Positions 60,021-64,000 of a stretch of DNA of 64,000 nt are shown here, one piece after another. The position numbers and the translations under genes are program-made. Source of the DNA: a bacterium (GTDB taxonomy: Bacteria; Patescibacteriota; Minisyncoccia; Phycocordibacterales; UBA1006); the NCBI GenBank assembly GCA_043771175.1, contig JAYVHO010000006.1:9800-73799 (forward strand). The letters are read 5' to 3'. The notes beneath the pieces were generated by a model. It did no database searches and was not told the origin of the DNA. It saw only the letters and a list, made by a program, of their open reading frames with translations. Numbering within the stretch: position 1 is the first letter of the stretch; each line of letters begins with the position of its first letter.

Positions 60021-62843
60021 TTATTTTACTATAAATTTAAAATCATCTACTAAGGTTATAGTTCCATTAATTTTTTTTGCATTAAAATGAATTTCGACCA
60101 AGTACTCAACACCTCTATCAATAACTTTTCTTGAATAGGATAATTTACTCCAGCCTAGCCACCTTGAATCATTTAATGAAGTAATTATAGTTGCGCTATT
60201 TAGATTAGGATTTGAAAGTATTTCATCCATAGCTAATTTTTCAGCAACATTCTTCGCCTCAATATAAGATTCATTAGTTTTTAGTGCTATTGACCACGTT
60301 TTTTGGGTTGCTGTCGATCCTAAGCCTAATGGTTTAAGTGGTATTTGTGTAACTATTGAAACCTCTTTTAGAGTATTATTTACGATCGCCTTTACCTCAC
60401 TATTACCTTCACTTGCTGCTTTTATTAAATTATCGGCATTAGACCCAAATTTAGCCATAGTAGCTGCTTTGAATAAAGAAAGGTCAAGTGCAGTAAGGGC
60501 AATATTTGGATATCTCATGACATACGCATCAATCCATTCTTTGTCTGTCGCAGGTACACCAAATACATTAGATCCAGTATATGCTATTTTGATTTGATTT
60601 ACTGATACCACAGTACCTATTGCTCCAAGAGTCCCAAGAGAATAAGTCACCGCAGCAGGACATCCCACCCCGGCCGAATAAAAACATATAGCCGCTGACC
60701 CCCCTACAAGTATAACCGTTGCTCCTGCCATTGTTACTATACTTCCGATACTGGTGAATTCTGCCTTTGTCTCTGCTTTTGATTGAGATAACTGCGTACG
60801 GAAATCAGAAACAGCAAGATCTTCTGAAATTTTGTCGAATGCTCGGGCAAGGGAAATTTCAGAATCAATAAGGGATTGAGTTTCACTTGTATTCGTATAT
60901 GTTATAGTCGTAAACCCAAAACGAGCCTTTTCCGTGTCGATAGCCATCTTTGCTGTTTTTATTACAGCGTCTTGTATTTCAGCACTTTTTAATTTACTAA
61001 TTTTATAGGTGAGTGTGTTTATTGTTATTTGATTATTGGTTTTATACGTAGATAATACGTTTGTCTTTGCAGTTATTTGAGATTTAATGCTTGAAATATC
61101 AGTAGTAAGTGTGGCCAATAATGACTTAAGTCTTTGTATTTCTGTATCTCCAAATGCTTTTAGTTTCTGTGCTTTAGCAAAATCTGCAGAGGCATTTGAT
61201 ACTTCTGCTTTTGCGTCTGTTTTTTGATTATTAAGTGAATTTATTTGCGATTGATAAGAATTTATTTGGTTGTTCCAATAGGTAACATTGGATTTGGCAG
61301 TAGATGCTTGATTAGTGAAACTTATATATGAATTGTAATAATTATTTGATATAGCAGTATATCCTTTTTTATTTTTGTAGGTATTGTAATTATTTAAGGC
61401 CGCTGATGCTTGAGCGGTATATGAATTTGCTTGATTGGTATATGTTGCTACATTATTATTTGCTGAACTAATTGATTTACTGATATTAGCAATTTGAGAA
61501 TCCAGACTCGATAATTTTGCGTTCAGATTTGCAGATAGCTTTGAAACCGTTGCGGATGATGCAGTTACTTGTGATCCAACCGCACCTAATGAGTAAGTAA
61601 CTCCATTTTGAATGAATGATCCACTATTAATTTTATTGTTTAAATCTGTTGCAGACGCTTGTTTGGTAGCAAGAGAAGAATTTAAAACAGAAAGATCAGA
61701 ATTATATGCCGTTATTTTTGTATTAATTGCATCTAATTGAGATTTGTACGTAGCAATACTAGAAAGAGATCCACCACCTTCTGTAAGCAAGGCTTGCAAA
61801 TTAGAAATGGCTTGTATATACAAAGATTGATTTCTGGCTATTTCATTAAGACTTTTTAAGATATCAACAGTACCGACAGCACCTTGGTTATCTTTGTCTG
61901 TTTTTGCGGTTACATCAACGATACTATCAAGTGTTTTTTCTTGAGTAAGTGCTAGTGGAGTCTTCAAACCATTTCCCAATTTTGTATAACACGCCGCTCG
62001 TGCAGTATTACGTGTTGTCAGTGTTGTTATTTTCATTGCTGATGCAATACATACTTTAAAAGCATTAACTATATTTTGAGTTGAAGCATCAGATCCATCT
62101 ACGGAAATTGCTGCAATGTATACAGGAACATACTTCCCCCATATGGTCATTGCTTCTTCGTCTGATATATCAAAACCTTGTGGGTTTGTATCAGAAACCA
62201 CGAGTGCAGAGCCTGTATATATATGTTCAAAATCTTTTACGGAATATTTAATATTTCCCGCTTCTGTATCTGATAGTTCAACAATTCCTTTCACAGAATT
62301 ATATTCGCGAATTACTGAAAAGTGTCCTCCGACTTCTTTTTTTTCATCGTGAATTAATACGGGGTCACTAGTTTCACTTATATATGAAAGGATTTCGTTC
62401 GAGTTCCATTTTTTTAAGAAAACTTTTTGTGAAGTAAGTTGTGAAGCAGCTTGTTTAAGAGCAAATAAATTTGTTCCTTTTTCACTATTGAGATTTTCTG
62501 ATGCGATAAGGGCAAGTACTTCACTTTCAGAAATATCATCACCCAATTGTGTAAGCAGGGTTGCCAACGATGCCGGACCGCAATAATAGTCTTTTGATTG
62601 TCGTACAACGGCAGTAAAATCTTTTTTTGAATCATTTTCCGCTGTGTCGTCTCCAAGATCAAGATCTGCGTCGTCTTCTTCAGGTTCGGTTTCTAGCACC
62701 TGTGTGTCTGGTGCTGTTGATTCCGTTAATACCGTTGGTGGAATTACTGATGTTGATAATTCTTCGGCATGTACCATGAATGGCATACCAACCATCGCAA
62801 TTAATTGTAAAAATGCAAGGGATTTTGTAGTATATAATTTCAT
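60021..62843 (-). CDS. Putative polymorphic toxin, 940 aa: signal peptide, C39 peptidase, coiled coil, hydrophobic hairpin, C-terminal toxin-like domain
   Basis: MKLYTTK...PFMVHA|EE; RQSKDYYCGPASLA...GHFSV...LSD; heptad-rich middle; Gly/Ala hydrophobic segment; variable tip duplicated downstream. Confidence 0.85.
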   Translation of the reverse strand: MKLYTTKSLAFLQLIAMVGMPFMVHAEELSTSVIPPTVLTESTAPDTQVLETEPEEDDADLDLGDDTAENDSKKDFTAVVRQSKDYYCGPASLATLLTQLGDDISESEVLALIASENLNSEKGTNLFALKQAASQLTSQKVFLKKWNSNEILSYISETSDPVLIHDEKKEVGGHFSVIREYNSVKGIVELSDTEAGNIKYSVKDFEHIYTGSALVVSDTNPQGFDISDEEAMTIWGKYVPVYIAAISVDGSDASTQNIVNAFKVCIASAMKITTLTTRNTARAACYTKLGNGLKTPLALTQEKTLDSIVDVTAKTDKDNQGAVGTVDILKSLNEIARNQSLYIQAISNLQALLTEGGGSLSSIATYKSQLDAINTKITAYNSDLSVLNSSLATKQASATDLNNKINSGSFIQNGVTYSLGAVGSQVTASSATVSKLSANLNAKLSSLDSQIANISKSISSANNNVATYTNQANSYTAQASAALNNYNTYKNKKGYTAISNNYYNSYISFTNQASTAKSNVTYWNNQINSYQSQINSLNNQKTDAKAEVSNASADFAKAQKLKAFGDTEIQRLKSLLATLTTDISSIKSQITAKTNVLSTYKTNNQITINTLTYKISKLKSAEIQDAVIKTAKMAIDTEKARFGFTTITYTNTSETQSLIDSEISLARAFDKISEDLAVSDFRTQLSQSKAETKAEFTSIGSIVTMAGATVILVGGSAAICFYSAGVGCPAAVTYSLGTLGAIGTVVSVNQIKIAYTGSNVFGVPATDKEWIDAYVMRYPNIALTALDLSLFKAATMAKFGSNADNLIKAASEGNSEVKAIVNNTLKEVSIVTQIPLKPLGLGSTATQKTWSIALKTNESYIEAKNVAEKLAMDEILSNPNLNSATIITSLNDSRWLGWSKLSYSRKVIDRGVEYLVEIHFNAKKINGTITLVDDFKFIVK
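60313..60429. repeat. Direct repeat copy 1 (117 bp), pre-toxin segment
   Basis: Matches 58695-58810. Confidence 0.95.
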
Positions 62844-62916
62844 ATGATGATATAAAATAAATTTATAATGATAATATATACCTCCCAAAAGATCTATACT
62901 ATGTCTTTAAACCAAA

Positions 62917-62960
62917 AATAAGGACGACAAAACCAGTAGAATGGTCTCGTCGTCCTTATT
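62917..62960 (-). terminator. Hairpin with T-run upstream of the toxin gene
   Basis: AATAAGGACGAC...GTCGTCCTTATT 12-bp arms. Confidence 0.6.
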
Positions 62961-63045
62961 GTAAGATGTATGAAGTCTATCAGAGTCAAAAGCAGAGTCA
63001 ATGAGTGTATTTTATACAAGGCGTTGTTAAAAAACTAATATACAC

Positions 63046-63079
63046 AAAACCCCTCTCGCAATTACGCGATTGGGGTTTT
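63046..63079 (-). terminator. Terminator downstream of tRNA-Lys
   Basis: AAAACCCC..TCGC..GCGA..GGGGTTTT. Confidence 0.65.
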
Positions 63080-63085
63080 ATTGTG

Positions 63086-63158
63086 TGTCCTCAGAAGGGA
63101 TCGAACCTTCGACCGTCGGCTTAAAAGGCCGCTGCTCTACCAGCTGAGCTATAAGGAC
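63086..63158 (-). tRNA. tRNA-Lys(TTT)
   Basis: GTCCTTA...CGGC-CTTTTAA-GCCG...GGTTCGATCCC. Confidence 0.94.
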
Positions 63159-63196
63159 ATTGACTAACGTCGAACAATACTATACAACATTTATAT

Positions 63197-63679
63197 ATGA
63201 ATTTCAACCCCCACGGCCCCATTGTTGTTTTTGACAATTTGCGTAGTGTGTACAATACCGCATCTTTATACCGCACTATGGATTGTTTGGGAATTTTTAC
63301 CGCGTGTATTATTGGAACAACCCCAACACCAACTGATAGATATAACAGATATCGCAGTGATTTTTCAAAAGTTGCACTGGGGGCACAAATATCCGTGCAA
63401 ACATATTATTTTGCAACAATTACTGAATTTCTTGAAGCAATTAAACCTTTTAACTATTCTCTTGTTTGTGTTGAGCAATCAGAAAAATCTATTGATTATA
63501 AATCATTTCATCCGCCTCAAAACTGCGCTGTTGTTCTGGGTGCAGAAGTTGTGGGAGTTTCAAAAGAATTTCTTGATATATGTAATACAGTTTTGGAATT
63601 GCCTCAAAAGGGAGAAAAAGAATCTTTAAATGTTTCTATTGCAGGGGCGATTGTTTTGTACCGGCTCTTTGATATATAA
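63197..63679 (+). CDS. TrmH/SpoU family RNA methyltransferase
   Basis: DNLRSVYN, VLGAEVVG, KESLNVSIA. Confidence 0.94.
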   Translation: MNFNPHGPIVVFDNLRSVYNTASLYRTMDCLGIFTACIIGTTPTPTDRYNRYRSDFSKVALGAQISVQTYYFATITEFLEAIKPFNYSLVCVEQSEKSIDYKSFHPPQNCAVVLGAEVVGVSKEFLDICNTVLELPQKGEKESLNVSIAGAIVLYRLFDI

Positions 63680-63689
63680 TGAATGCATT

Positions 63690-63860
63690 ATGGCAGACAA
63701 AGCACCAGAAAACCCATTATTTGCAGGACTCTTATTTGTGTGGAAATTACTGGTATTTATTGTACTTTCTATCGTAGTAGTTCCTGCTATGGCTATTATG
63801 GTTACCCTTCATCCAACATGGGAAAAAACGTTAAAAGAGTATTTTCATTTAGGTTATTAA
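63690..63860 (+). CDS. Small membrane protein (56 aa)
   Basis: MADKAPENPLFAG..., hydrophobic core, TATAAT upstream. Confidence 0.6.
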   Translation: MADKAPENPLFAGLLFVWKLLVFIVLSIVVVPAMAIMVTLHPTWEKTLKEYFHLGY

Positions 63861-64000
63861 ATTATTCGTTTGAATTTTAAAATTCATATTCAGATATCCA
63901 CAACAAATTATTCAAAACAAATCTGCTATACTCTTTAGGAAGCAAGTTTAGATAAAGAATAACAATGGCAATGTTTATGCCTTATATTATTTGATTCTTT

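Noticed and set aside
58695-60429. Diversity-generating retroelement TR/VR pair
   Set aside because: Only one substitution, no adenine-specific mismatch pattern, no reverse transcriptase in the window
60021-62888. Bacteriocin ABC exporter, and the TTG start at 62888
   Set aside because: No ABC membrane or nucleotide-binding domain; the signal peptide begins at ATG 62843
1-64000. Possible TGA recoding (code 25)
   Set aside because: Long genes read through under code 11 with TGG for Trp, and 56153-56626 ends plausibly at TGA

Overview
Chromosomal window from an AT-rich bacterium using genetic code 11. Gene content and style (VirD4-like ATPase, degenerate HisRS paralog next to lepB, short ProRS, acidic-tailed L19, pervasive leaderless starts) point to Patescibacteria/CPR, probably Parcubacteria; this is an inference. 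Three parts: (1) 1-18694 is one giant minus-strand ORF missing from the ORF track (>6,230 aa, stop outside the window), a secreted adhesin-like protein with nine ~600-700 aa LamG-like repeats carrying swappable inserts. (2) 19.2-57.8 kb holds housekeeping and envelope genes (lepB, def, fmt, cyclophilin, class II photolyase, HtrA, rpmB, proS, rplS, ruvX, rpsT, ruvA), six tRNAs and several candidate structured RNAs and recombination sites. (3) 57986-62960 is the standout: an island between two further, convergent tRNAs, Arg(CCT) and Lys(TTT), that looks like a polymorphic toxin system. It encodes a 940-aa secreted protein (signal peptide, C39 cysteine peptidase followed by its own double-glycine-like motif, long coiled coil, hydrophobic hairpin, C-terminal toxin-like tip). 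Downstream lie a candidate immunity gene, a silent alternative tip with a 116-bp homology arm, two more immunity-like genes and decayed relics of further tips, one barnase-like. Family assignments come from motif recognition by eye; no searches were run.
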